From assembly GCA_002421845.1 (NCBI GenBank), contig DISL01000037.1, forward strand, positions 17,623 to 81,622: 64,000 nt of DNA, written 5' to 3'. Each line of letters starts with the position of its first letter. Positions within the stretch are counted from its first letter, which is position 1. Of this stretch, positions 10,465 through 20,093 are shown piece after piece. The notes under the pieces were generated by a model. That model saw nothing but the letters and a program-made list of their open reading frames with translations, was not told the DNA's origin and searched no databases. Origin of the DNA: Epsilonproteobacteria bacterium UBA6211 (GTDB lineage: Bacteria > Campylobacterota > Campylobacteria > Campylobacterales > Arcobacteraceae). A program made the position numbers and the translations under genes.

Positions 10465-11573
10465 AAAAAATAGGTTTAGTTGTTTTACTTGCTTCGTCTT
10501 TGTTTGCTTTGGAACATAAGTCAAATATAGATTTTAAATATTTTAATTATTCAAATAATATCGATGAAAAGCTAATAGGCGGTGAAACAAGGCTTAAATC
10601 CGATTATAAAGATATTGAGTTCAATTCAACATTTCAATATATGTATAGTTCCGATTATACCGATAGAAGATTTTTTGATGTCAACGAACTCTATGCCAAA
10701 ATAAAAGACTTGACTTTTGGAAAACAAATCAAGTATTTTGGAGAACTAGAAGGCTTTAATATAGCAGATACCTTTAATACCAAAAATTATTTGGTAGATG
10801 CCTTTGATAAAGATTCCAAAATAGGGAGTTGGGGGCTATGGAATAGTTTTTATTTGGAAGATAGTATTTTGGAACTAGGTATAAAGCTATATGAAGAAAA
10901 ACAAAAATTCCCCTCTCAAGATTTTACCCATTCATCTTTACCTTTGCCCTATAGCGGAGATTTAAAACTTCAAAACTCAAGATATTCTCCTAGTTTGTAC
11001 GTCGTGTATGGGTTTGATATGCAAGAGTTTGCCAATAAATTGATTTTTATGCACGGATATGATAACAAAAGGTATTTTGTACAAAATGGACTTAGTTTGT
11101 CGCAATATGCTTACAGAGTAAATAAACTATCATTTACTTCAAATACCATATATAACGATACTTTGTTTAAGTTTGAAGGGAGTGTTACAGATGTTTTGAG
11201 TGATGATAATATGAGTGATTACGCACAATTAGGTATGGGAGTAGAAAAAACATATAATCTTCCAAGCGATTTGGACATGGATGTGTACGGTGAGTATTAT
11301 AGATATATTTACAAAGATAAAAAAATAGAGAACGTGGATATTTCAGAGATATACGACAATGACGTATTTATAGCTGTTAAGCTCAATTTCAACGACACAG
11401 CAATGACAGAAATAAAAAGCGGTATTTTGTATGATACAAAAAATCACGAGAAAACTTTTAAAGCTGAACTCAAACACAAATTAACCGATGACGTGGTTTT
11501 ATCGGGGGAGTTTTTGAAACTAAAGCCAAGTAACGACTATAGAAGTATGGTTTGTCTTCAATATCTATTTTAG
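10461..11573 (+). CDS. Putative outer-membrane beta-barrel protein
   Basis: Signal peptide, aromatic-rich, C-terminal YLF; operonic with LolA-like and RND genes. Confidence 0.7.
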   Translation: MKKIGLVVLLASSLFALEHKSNIDFKYFNYSNNIDEKLIGGETRLKSDYKDIEFNSTFQYMYSSDYTDRRFFDVNELYAKIKDLTFGKQIKYFGELEGFNIADTFNTKNYLVDAFDKDSKIGSWGLWNSFYLEDSILELGIKLYEEKQKFPSQDFTHSSLPLPYSGDLKLQNSRYSPSLYVVYGFDMQEFANKLIFMHGYDNKRYFVQNGLSLSQYAYRVNKLSFTSNTIYNDTLFKFEGSVTDVLSDDNMSDYAQLGMGVEKTYNLPSDLDMDVYGEYYRYIYKDKKIENVDISEIYDNDVFIAVKLNFNDTAMTEIKSGILYDTKNHEKTFKAELKHKLTDDVVLSGEFLKLKPSNDYRSMVCLQYLF

Positions 11574-11582
11574 GAAAACAGT

Positions 11583-13841
11583 ATGGAAAAATATATAAAT
11601 TTTTTGGATAAATACAAATATTACGTGATAGGTTTTTTTACCGTTATGGTAGCGTTGTTGTCAATTTCTTTGAAAAACATTGCTTATGAGGGGAGTTATC
11701 GTATATGGTTTGATAAAGACTCTTCTATCATCAAAGATTATGATAAATTTCGTTCGGTATTTGGAGGAGATGACGCATTTATAGTCGCTTTCAAAGATGA
11801 AAACGGTATTTTCAATCAAAAAGCCGTTGAAGTTATACTTGACTTGACCGAAAAATTTAAGCAAATAGACGGTGTGACACAGGTAAATTCACTAACTAAT
11901 TATCAATATATTAGCTCCCAAGAAGACGACGTATATGTGGAGGATTTTATATCAAGCGTAGATGATGACCTAAAGGCAAAACAAGAGATTGCACTAAGTG
12001 ATAGATTGATTTTAAATCAGCTTATATCACCTGATGGTAAAACTACTATGATAGCGGTAAAACTAGCTACGAGTACAGGTTCAAAGGAAGAATCAAATAT
12101 ATATGTGATGGGTGAAATAGAAAAGATATTGAAGCCTTTAGGTGAGGTTAGCGGATATGAATTTTATCTTAGCGGTGCACCTGCCGTGACGGCATCTTTG
12201 GTTTTGATTTCACAAGCTGATGCTATGAAACTTATGCCTTTGGCTGTTCTTAGCGTAGTAGGGTTGTTGTTTTTGCTTTTTAGGACGTTTTTGGGTGTTT
12301 TAGTCCCATCTATTGTTGTTGTTTTTACGTTTTTGATTGTTTTGTCTATGCAGATTATCCTTGGATATAAACTCAATAATTTTACGGTAAATATCCCGTC
12401 TTTCGTGACGGCAATAGCAATAGCCGATAGTATGCACTTATATCTAGCGTGGGTTTATTATAAATTACGAGGTGAGGATAATAAAACTGCACTTTTTGTA
12501 GCTATGAAGACAAATATTATACCTATTACGATGACTTCGCTCACTACGGCTATCGGTTTCTCAACCCTTGGAATAAGCCCTATCGAGCCTATATCGACTT
12601 TGGGGATAGCGATAACAAGCGGTGCTATTATAGCTCTTGTTTTGAGTTTGACTATTGCACCTGCCGTTATACTTACGGTAAAAGAGAATTACGAAGTAAA
12701 GAAACTTACATTTTTTGATTTGCTATCTACACAAGGATACGGAAGTTGTATCCAAAAGCACGATAAAAAAATAGTGATAGGATTTGTACTTTTTATTTTG
12801 GCTACGGGGTATGGTTTGAGATACACTCAAATAGACAGCAACAGTATCAAATACTTCAAGGAAAATACTACCGTTAGAAGCGGAAGCGACTTTGTGGAAA
12901 AGAATCTGACTGGTTCTATGGTGTATGAAGTGATACTTGATTCAAAGGAAAATGAAGGGATAAAAAGTCCTGAGTTTTTGAATATGGTAGAAAAATTTGA
13001 GAGTGATTTGAAAAAGGAGTTTGCTCATATAAGGTTTTCTAGCTCTTTAAAAGATATTATAGTGCGTATGAATGAGGTATTAAACAAAGATAAAACATCT
13101 GATATTCCTGATAACAAAAACTTAAATGCCCAGTATTTGTTGCTTTATTCCATGAGCCTTCCGCAAGGAATGGAGATAAACGATAAAATGGATACTAAAG
13201 AGAGGTTTCTAAGACTTAGCGTTTATAGCGATATAGTACCTACATCAAAAGATTTGGAGATGATAGATTGGATAGAGGACTATTTTGCTACTCAAACAAA
13301 ATATAATGTGGAAGTGCAAGGACAAAGTGCCATATTTGCATATATGCAATCTATGATAAGCGATACTTTGGTGGTTTCTTTGTTTATGACTATTTTGCTT
13401 GTGAGTTTGGCGATGTATTTGATTTTCAAAAAGCTATCAATGCTTTGGATTTTTGTCTTGCCGAATATCGCACCTATTATAATAGTAGGCGGAATTATGG
13501 GGTATATTGGGATAGATATAGATATAGGTATAGCCATATCGGCAGCAGTTATTATAGGTATAGCCGTAGATGATACTATACACTTTTTTAGTAAATATTT
13601 TGACGCTATCAAAACAAAAAGTTTTACCGATAGTATCGATTATATAATAAGCCACAGCGGAAATGCGATGATACTTACGACTTTTATTTTGTCAATTACC
13701 TTTGGAGTGTTTTTGGTAAGTGATTTTATACCGAATATTAGTTTTGCTATCGTGACCGTTACGGCACTTAATAGTGCGTTGTTGTTTGATTTGGTTTTCT
13801 TACCGGCAGTGCTTAGTATGATGAATAAGAAGAGAGTTTAA
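11583..13841 (+). CDS. MMPL/RND family transporter
   Basis: Two TM blocks with periplasmic loops; IAIADSMH, GIAVDDTIH. Confidence 0.92.
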   Translation: MEKYINFLDKYKYYVIGFFTVMVALLSISLKNIAYEGSYRIWFDKDSSIIKDYDKFRSVFGGDDAFIVAFKDENGIFNQKAVEVILDLTEKFKQIDGVTQVNSLTNYQYISSQEDDVYVEDFISSVDDDLKAKQEIALSDRLILNQLISPDGKTTMIAVKLATSTGSKEESNIYVMGEIEKILKPLGEVSGYEFYLSGAPAVTASLVLISQADAMKLMPLAVLSVVGLLFLLFRTFLGVLVPSIVVVFTFLIVLSMQIILGYKLNNFTVNIPSFVTAIAIADSMHLYLAWVYYKLRGEDNKTALFVAMKTNIIPITMTSLTTAIGFSTLGISPIEPISTLGIAITSGAIIALVLSLTIAPAVILTVKENYEVKKLTFFDLLSTQGYGSCIQKHDKKIVIGFVLFILATGYGLRYTQIDSNSIKYFKENTTVRSGSDFVEKNLTGSMVYEVILDSKENEGIKSPEFLNMVEKFESDLKKEFAHIRFSSSLKDIIVRMNEVLNKDKTSDIPDNKNLNAQYLLLYSMSLPQGMEINDKMDTKERFLRLSVYSDIVPTSKDLEMIDWIEDYFATQTKYNVEVQGQSAIFAYMQSMISDTLVVSLFMTILLVSLAMYLIFKKLSMLWIFVLPNIAPIIIVGGIMGYIGIDIDIGIAISAAVIIGIAVDDTIHFFSKYFDAIKTKSFTDSIDYIISHSGNAMILTTFILSITFGVFLVSDFIPNISFAIVTVTALNSALLFDLVFLPAVLSMMNKKRV

Positions 13842-13857
13842 CGGTATTGTAATTGCA
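13842..13857 (+). promoter_or_regulatory. sigma54 -24/-12 promoter of fprA
   Basis: CGG-TATTGTAATT-GCA (GG-N10-GC). Confidence 0.7.
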
Positions 13858-13884
13858 TATATTTTGAAAAAATAAGGCAATTAT

Positions 13885-15111
13885 ATGAAACCAGTACTTA
13901 TCAAAGAAGATTTATATTTTATAGGTGTATTTGACCCTGATATTAGGACATTTGATATTATTATGAAGACTGCAAATGGGAGTAGTTACAACGCTTATTT
14001 ACTCAAAACCGATGATGGGGTAGTGATATTTGATGGAGTTAAAGAGGGGTTTGGTGATGAGTATTTTGCCAAAATAGAGTCTCTTTGTAGCTATGATGAA
14101 ATCAAATACATAATAGTTCACCACCTAGAACCTGACCACAGCGGTACATTGCCAGAGCTTACAAAAAGGGCAAAAAATGCCAAGCTTATGATGTCACCTC
14201 AAGCAAATCTGATGATAAAAGCGGTAGTTCACGCATCTGAAATCTCTTTTGAGACGGTTTGGAGCGAAAAATCTATCCAAATAGGTGGAAAGACTATCAA
14301 GTTTTTAAGCACTCCTTACCTTCACTGGCCAGAAACCATAAGTAGTGTTTTGGTGGAAGATAAAGTGCTTTTTAGCGGTGATGTTTTCGGAAGTCATTAT
14401 TATGATAAGAAGATTTTTGATGATGTGGTAGGGGATTTTGACTATGCCTTTAAGTATTATTACGACCATATTATGAGACCTTTTAAAAGGCATGTATTGA
14501 ACGCTTTGAAGCTATATGCAGGTGAAAATATAGAGCTAATAGCACCGCTTCACGGACCAATAATCAGACAAAACCCTCTCAAATACATCAACCTTTACAA
14601 ATCATGGAGTGAACAAAAAGGGATATTTGGCGGTAAAGGTGACAAAAAAACCATATCTATTTTTTATCTCACAAGCTACAAAAACACAAAAGATATGGCT
14701 GAAAGTATAGAACTAGGATGCGAAAGTGAGCCAAATGTGGTAGTAAATGTATATGATTTGGCGTCATTAGAAGAAAACAATGTACTAAATCTACTAGAAG
14801 AGAGTGACGGAATACTAATAGGCACACCTACAATCAACGGCGATGCACCCAAACCTGCATGGGATGCTTTGAGCTGTATGATGTTGCTTGAAAAAACAGG
14901 CAAAACAGGAGGAGCATTTGGTAGCTACGGATGGAGTGGTGAAGCACCAAATATGATAAACGATAGAATGAAAGCCTTGAAATTCCGTGTACCCCTAGAG
15001 CCTTTGAAAATCAAACTAATCCCAACACAAGATGAGCTTGATAAGGCTTACGAGTTCGGTAAAGAGTTTGCCCAGATTGTCAATGGGAAGATGGTGGAGA
15101 TGGATATGTAG
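13885..15111 (+). CDS. fprA: Flavodiiron protein (A-type flavoprotein)
   Basis: HLEPDHSG, LHWPE, SGDVFG, flavodoxin domain AFGSYGWSGEA. Confidence 0.93.
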   Translation: MKPVLIKEDLYFIGVFDPDIRTFDIIMKTANGSSYNAYLLKTDDGVVIFDGVKEGFGDEYFAKIESLCSYDEIKYIIVHHLEPDHSGTLPELTKRAKNAKLMMSPQANLMIKAVVHASEISFETVWSEKSIQIGGKTIKFLSTPYLHWPETISSVLVEDKVLFSGDVFGSHYYDKKIFDDVVGDFDYAFKYYYDHIMRPFKRHVLNALKLYAGENIELIAPLHGPIIRQNPLKYINLYKSWSEQKGIFGGKGDKKTISIFYLTSYKNTKDMAESIELGCESEPNVVVNVYDLASLEENNVLNLLEESDGILIGTPTINGDAPKPAWDALSCMMLLEKTGKTGGAFGSYGWSGEAPNMINDRMKALKFRVPLEPLKIKLIPTQDELDKAYEFGKEFAQIVNGKMVEMDM

Positions 15112-15155
15112 TAGTGAAAGCTGTCCCCATTTTTCATTTTTATACTCCTTGACAC

Positions 15156-15227
15156 ACATAAAGTTGAAGCTGTGCTTCGCAAACGAAGCGCAGCGTAGTT
15201 TGCTTCTGAACGATCGCCTTGTTAGCC
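15156..15227 (-). mobile_element. attC-like site (R' degenerate)
   Basis: Minus strand GGCTAAC..GCAAAC-TACGCTGCGCTTC-GTTTGC..CAAC-TTTATGT; followed by AAGGAG+ATG of a truncated next cassette. Confidence 0.7.
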
Positions 15228-15920
15228 ATTTATGCCTTTCCGTATCTTCATGTCAAATATTAAACTGGCTATTTCATCAGTAAAAAGAGAAATATAGTCG
15301 TCTTTTAAACCTCTTGAACTGCTCGGGTGTGGCATAGAAATTACATTGCACTTTTCAAACTGTTGAAAGCCAATTTTAAATCTTCGACCCGAAAACGGCT
15401 TTTGTACTATGTCTGGTTTTGCCATAGGTGGACCCATTACATCAGAGAATCTTTCTAATACTTTTGGACTCTGTAGTATATTTATCATTTCGGAACCCAT
15501 AAAAAAGATTAGGCTTGGTTCAAAAGCTTTAAGATGGGAAATGAAATTGTCTAGTTGCTCAGGATTTGTTAACTTCTGGAAATAATTATCGGTGATTTTA
15601 TGACCATCAGTATTACACCAATTCGTTTGAATAATGCATTTTTCAAAATCTCCCCCAAGTGCTTCTCGACTTAAACGATGCCCCCACAATTCAAACCATT
15701 TAACAATTCTTCTGTCATATCTCCAAGCAAATGCTCTTTTTCCATGTGCTGGTGATTTATTTGAAAATATTGTCACCGCATCTTTTTCGTAAAATATATC
15801 CTCGCCTGACTCAACCAGTTTTTGGTCTTCCTCACTAAATCCCCACTCATAACCGCAGATCATCAGTCCATTCTTATCGTTAAAACCATGGAAAATGCTA
15901 TTCCCAATGTTTAGCTCCAT
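15222..15920 (-). CDS. Cassette-borne hypothetical protein (possible UDG-superfamily fold)
   Basis: AGGAGG RBS; MPHPSS motif; bounded by GTTAGCCA...TGGCTAAC. Confidence 0.75.
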   Translation of the reverse strand: MELNIGNSIFHGFNDKNGLMICGYEWGFSEEDQKLVESGEDIFYEKDAVTIFSNKSPAHGKRAFAWRYDRRIVKWFELWGHRLSREALGGDFEKCIIQTNWCNTDGHKITDNYFQKLTNPEQLDNFISHLKAFEPSLIFFMGSEMINILQSPKVLERFSDVMGPPMAKPDIVQKPFSGRRFKIGFQQFEKCNVISMPHPSSSRGLKDDYISLFTDEIASLIFDMKIRKGING

Positions 15921-15933
15921 TAAGCCTCCTAGT

Positions 15934-16045
15934 GGCTAACTATTTATTGAACCTACATTGTATATAAAACACCCTTAAAATCAATAAATAACATACATAA
16001 AATGTCATATATCAAAACAACGAGAAACACCTTAAATAAAGTATT
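15934..16045 (-). mobile_element. attI-like platform, copy 1
   Basis: Homologous to 33212-33327 and 34049-34165; ends AATAAATA-GTTAGCC. Confidence 0.6.
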
Positions 16046-16254
16046 CTTGAATTATTTCACTATAAAAAACATTGCAATTTCAAGGAAAGTCTGCTAAAGC
16101 AACTGCTATTGATATTTTGAATAATGTCTTTACAATAAAGAAAAAATATGATATAACTTTCCTTGTAAAAAAGAAAGAGTAATGGTGCTTACGATATAAC
16201 CTTAAAACTCCAAGTTCGTCACTCTGCTCCTAAATCTCATATTTATAGATATTC

Positions 16255-16282
16255 TAGATTCAGTGTCAAGCACGGAATGACA
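16255..16282 (-). repeat. REP-like palindrome (GTCA-type)
   Basis: Minus strand TGTCATTCCGTGCTTGACACTGAATCTA. Confidence 0.6.
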
Positions 16283-16302
16283 GTTTTATTTACTTTCTAA
16301 TT

Positions 16303-16491
16303 TTAAGAGAGTTTAATATCCTTTAAAATTACAGTCAACTCATTATTCAATCCATTTATTTTGGATATAACTTCACTTCTTGTTTTTTCATCAAGGCTAA
16401 ATCTTGAGTCGATGAATTCGTATATTTTGAAAGTATCTGTGAAGATTGTACCCATCAAATCTTGTTTTATTTTTTCTTCTATTTTTCCCAT
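16303..16491 (-). CDS. Small hypothetical protein, sigma54-preceded
   Basis: 62 aa, AAAGGA RBS, -24/-12 box at 16514-16529. Confidence 0.8.
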   Translation of the reverse strand: MGKIEEKIKQDLMGTIFTDTFKIYEFIDSRFSLDEKTRSEVISKINGLNNELTVILKDIKLS

Positions 16492-16513
16492 AAGTTATCC
16501 TTTGGACTAATAA

Positions 16514-16548
16514 TGCATAAACTATACCAAATAGGTACACTTCTTGCA
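16514..16548. promoter_or_regulatory. Back-to-back divergent sigma54 promoters
   Basis: Minus TGG-TATAGTTTAT-GCA; plus AGG-TACACTTCTT-GCA. Confidence 0.7.
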
Positions 16549-16570
16549 TATTGTTGGGCAAAGGAGTAAT

Positions 16571-16990
16571 ATGAAATTTACTAACTACAATATAACTTTT
16601 TATGAAAAACCAGGATGTGCTGGGAACAAAAAGCAAAAAGAGATACTTAGCTTAAACGGTCTATCATTTCATATCAAAAGTATCCTTGATACACATTGGA
16701 CTTCCGATACTCTAGCACCATTTTTTTATGGACTTGATAAGCATGAGATTATCAATCAATTCGCCCCTCAAATCAAAAACAATGAAATAAATATAAATGA
16801 TTATTCAAAAGAAGAGCTTGTAGATATAATGTGCCAAAATCCTATACTTATCAAACGCCCATTGTTACAAATAGGGGGTCATTATATTTGCGGTTTTGAT
16901 ATTCCAAAAATCAATGCACTTCTTGGGATAGAGATATGCGAACATATCTCCTTATCCACTTGCCAAAAAAGCGATTGCATACCATCATAG
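16571..16990 (+). CDS. Nitrogenase-associated ArsC-family protein
   Basis: FYEKPGCAGNKKQK, PILIKRPL; start revised to ATG after AAGGAG. Confidence 0.88.
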   Translation: MKFTNYNITFYEKPGCAGNKKQKEILSLNGLSFHIKSILDTHWTSDTLAPFFYGLDKHEIINQFAPQIKNNEININDYSKEELVDIMCQNPILIKRPLLQIGGHYICGFDIPKINALLGIEICEHISLSTCQKSDCIPS

Positions 16991-16992
16991 TA

Positions 16993-19506
16993 TTATAGCT
17001 TCGAAATCTTTTCTATATTCAAAATAGTCAATAACTGCTCCTCTTTCACATCTTTTGGCGGTATTACTATACTTTGAGATAGCATTCCTGCACCTATTAA
17101 GTGGTCGTCAAGTTTTGATATTTTGTTTTTTGGAACGGATACAATCTCTCCAAGTTTGTCGGCTAAAATACCTATAGTATGGTCGTATGAAGAGTTTTTG
17201 TATCTTATGATGATAATATCTTTTGTATCTTTCATAAAAACACTATTTTTTATAAAATGGGTAATATCAAGGACGCTTACTATATTTTCTTTGTACAAAA
17301 CCGTACCTTTGAAATGATGATTTGAATCCATAGTAATAGGAGTTTGCAATGAGTCTATATCGAGCGATTCTACAACATCTTTTGCATCTACTCCTATCCA
17401 TTTATTACCTATATAAAATGTTGCTATATCTATATAATCGGCATCAATATCATTATAATGGTAGTAGTGATTTTTGGTATTCAAGTTTTTTAAAATATCT
17501 TGGTTCGCATCACCGCCATAAATAAATACAAATGACAAAATATCATTTTGATAGTTATCATCTTTACCTTTGTACTCTCTATAACCTTTTGAACAGCTAC
17601 AGCCTACTATGTAGTAAATATCTCCTATTTTAACTATTTTTGACATTGTTTGGTTGTTTTTGAGGTCAAAAAAATCATTATCAATATTGAGTTTTGAACC
17701 TATTTGAAATTGTTCATTTGTGGAAGCAATTATTTTTTGATTTTTCTTTTCTACAAACATAGCAAACATTTGCTCATCCGTAATGTTTTTTGGTAAAGAA
17801 TCCCTAAGCATAGCATGAAATTGTGTAGTAGAGTCAAAAACAATAGCAATCCCACCTACAACCGTATCATTTTCATCATGAAGTATTGAGGCATTATAAA
17901 TATAAGAATATGAATTGTCATATAGATAACTTTGTTCAAATTCACTTACACAATATTTAGATGTATCTTGTATATTTAGTGTATGTTTAGCCCATTCTTG
18001 AGAAAGTTCAGTGCCTATGAGTGAAGAGTCTTTGTTGGAAACTGCAATGATAGTTTTGTTTTTATCGTAAATGATAATGTTTGAATACACAGTATAAAGT
18101 GAGTTGATGTATTCTAAAATATCTTTTAGTGTACCTGAATTTTGGTTGTAGCTTAGTGCTTGTCTTATGGCTGGAGTGAGTGCCCACCATCTACAGTCAT
18201 TGGCTCTTTCATAAAGATTTCTATCCATTATATCTATGCTAAGAGTCGCCAAAAATCCAACATCATCAAGCAATGCTTCCATAATAGTAAAGTTAAGATT
18301 TTTGATAGAATCTTCAAATAAAACTTTTGTTTTTTCACCTGTAAATCTTATCTCTTTTAGGATTGATCTGGCAAATGACGATGAAGTGTTGCTAGTATTT
18401 GTTGATGAAAGTTTGATATTACCGTTCCATACGGTTCTGTTTAATTCAGCTTGTATTTTGTCGGCTTTGTCTGATATTTCAAGGAGTTCTTTTTCAAATA
18501 AATACTCATTTTGCATTATGATAGATAAAATATCTTTGTTGATTTGTATTTCTTTTGAAGAACTTTTGAAAGCACTATCAAGTGGAATCATTATATGTCC
18601 AAGCCATCCTAGTCCATAAAATCCCTCATAGCCGTTTGTTTTGCAAGTTTTTGCTATATAATCTCTTCCGGCAAAAGATATAATTTTAAATTCACTGTTT
18701 GTATCGGTATTAAAATATACACCGCTTGGGATATGGTAAGAGTCACTAGATGCTATTACTTTTCCGTCTATATCAAGGAGCATAATAACAGCCTTTGAGT
18801 TTGGCTTTGATAGATTCCTAAAAATCATCTCCATTTCATTTTCAAACTTGAAACTAAGTGCTAAATATCCCAAAATTGATTTATCTTCGTCTTCTACTTT
18901 GTAGCTATAAACAAGGGAATTTTGTTTGTTTGGGATAAAGTCATGATGTTTGAAAGTCTCTACATAATTGTTTTTTGTGGTTTTACACATGCTAACTATC
19001 TCATCATTGCTATACTCACAAGCATCTTGACTAAGTCTGCAAACGATTTTGCTATCTTTGTCAAATAAAATCACATCGTCATATACGGAATATTTTGATG
19101 TATATTCTTTGAATCTAAGTTTCAGTAAATTGTATGAAGTTATATCGGAACTGTTTTCTTTTAGGAATCTTATTATTGCACCGTCTGTTGATAAAAATCC
19201 TATATCTGCCGTTCTTTCAAATAAGTTTCTTATAACAATATCAACGGTAACTTGAGCTATAGATGTCATCTCATCAACAGTTTTTTTGATAGTTTTTGTT
19301 GATAACTGGGCGATTAGTTCTTTTGTGAGGTCGTTAAAACTATGTTGAGTTTTACTCATATCCGTAGTGGTATTGCCTAATTGACCAAGAAGTGTAAGCT
19401 GAGACCATGTTTTGTTTAGTTCTTCTAAATCAGAACTGAACTTGTTTATATGTTTCATATTCTCAATAAGTTCTGTTGTATCAACTTTATTAGGCATAGC
19501 ATACAC
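16993..19506 (-). CDS. Large soluble tandem-Cache/CheW protein (paralog 2)
   Basis: Same motifs as 5489-8038 (RNLFERTADIGFL, RNLYERANDCRWWALT). Confidence 0.8.
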   Translation of the reverse strand: MYAMPNKVDTTELIENMKHINKFSSDLEELNKTWSQLTLLGQLGNTTTDMSKTQHSFNDLTKELIAQLSTKTIKKTVDEMTSIAQVTVDIVIRNLFERTADIGFLSTDGAIIRFLKENSSDITSYNLLKLRFKEYTSKYSVYDDVILFDKDSKIVCRLSQDACEYSNDEIVSMCKTTKNNYVETFKHHDFIPNKQNSLVYSYKVEDEDKSILGYLALSFKFENEMEMIFRNLSKPNSKAVIMLLDIDGKVIASSDSYHIPSGVYFNTDTNSEFKIISFAGRDYIAKTCKTNGYEGFYGLGWLGHIMIPLDSAFKSSSKEIQINKDILSIIMQNEYLFEKELLEISDKADKIQAELNRTVWNGNIKLSSTNTSNTSSSFARSILKEIRFTGEKTKVLFEDSIKNLNFTIMEALLDDVGFLATLSIDIMDRNLYERANDCRWWALTPAIRQALSYNQNSGTLKDILEYINSLYTVYSNIIIYDKNKTIIAVSNKDSSLIGTELSQEWAKHTLNIQDTSKYCVSEFEQSYLYDNSYSYIYNASILHDENDTVVGGIAIVFDSTTQFHAMLRDSLPKNITDEQMFAMFVEKKNQKIIASTNEQFQIGSKLNIDNDFFDLKNNQTMSKIVKIGDIYYIVGCSCSKGYREYKGKDDNYQNDILSFVFIYGGDANQDILKNLNTKNHYYHYNDIDADYIDIATFYIGNKWIGVDAKDVVESLDIDSLQTPITMDSNHHFKGTVLYKENIVSVLDITHFIKNSVFMKDTKDIIIIRYKNSSYDHTIGILADKLGEIVSVPKNKISKLDDHLIGAGMLSQSIVIPPKDVKEEQLLTILNIEKISKL

Positions 19507-19524
19507 TCCTTTTTAAGAAGGATA

Positions 19525-19540
19525 TGCAATTTTCATACCA
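19525..19540 (-). promoter_or_regulatory. sigma54 promoter of CheW-like paralog 2
   Basis: TGG-TATGAAAATT-GCA. Confidence 0.7.
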
Positions 19541-19589
19541 TAGAATAAAAATTAAATAAATAATACCGAGTTAAACTCGATATTATTCA

Positions 19590-19973
19590 TTATACGGCTA
19601 CATTAGCTTCTGATTTTCTCAAATCCATAGAAATATCTTCTTTGAAAGGCATCTCTTTTTGATCAGGTGTCATAAGAACATCTTTTTTCTTATTGATTCT
19701 GATTTTGTATTTGTTGCTTTCGTGACCTTCAAGATAGTAGCTATTAAACTCCATAGTATAAGGCATATCCCATACTATAGCACCTTCAGTCGGACAGGCT
19801 TCGGCACATCTTGGTACATCTGCATGACCAACACACTCTACGCAACTTTCAGGTTTTACATAATAGTAATCTTCTTCAGTCGGGTTTGTATCGTTATCTA
19901 CGATAGCCTCCACCGGACATTCACTTAGACACGCGTCACAACTTATACACTCAGTAGTAATTCTTACAGCCAT
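19590..19973 (-). CDS. 2[4Fe-4S] ferredoxin with C-terminal extension
   Basis: CISCDACLSECP and CVECVGH..PRCAEACP. Confidence 0.92.
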   Translation of the reverse strand: MAVRITTECISCDACLSECPVEAIVDNDTNPTEEDYYYVKPESCVECVGHADVPRCAEACPTEGAIVWDMPYTMEFNSYYLEGHESNKYKIRINKKKDVLMTPDQKEMPFKEDISMDLRKSEANVAV

Positions 19974-19989
19974 TTTTAATCCTTTTTTT

Positions 19990-20062
19990 AGTGATTCGTA
20001 AATCGTGAGTCGTTAGTGGTATTTATCTTTTCAAATCACGACTTACGACTTACTACTCACGA
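19990..20062. repeat. Inverted heptamer arrays (TCGTRAG / CTYACGA)
   Basis: tcgtaaa tcgtgag tcgttag .. atcacga cttacga cttacta ctcacga. Confidence 0.75.
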
Positions 20063-20077
20063 TTTTAAAAAAATCTA

Positions 20078-20093
20078 TGCAATTCCTATACCG
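20078..20093 (-). promoter_or_regulatory. sigma54 promoter of the ferredoxin gene
   Basis: CGG-TATAGGAATT-GCA. Confidence 0.7.

Noticed and set aside
15032..15283. 83-aa plus-strand ORF
   Set aside because: Overlaps fprA and runs through the attC-like site; no RBS or protein-like features.
19990..20062. Heptamer arrays as CRISPR or simple terminators
   Set aside because: No spacers; they lie in leaders downstream of promoters and lack U-tracts.
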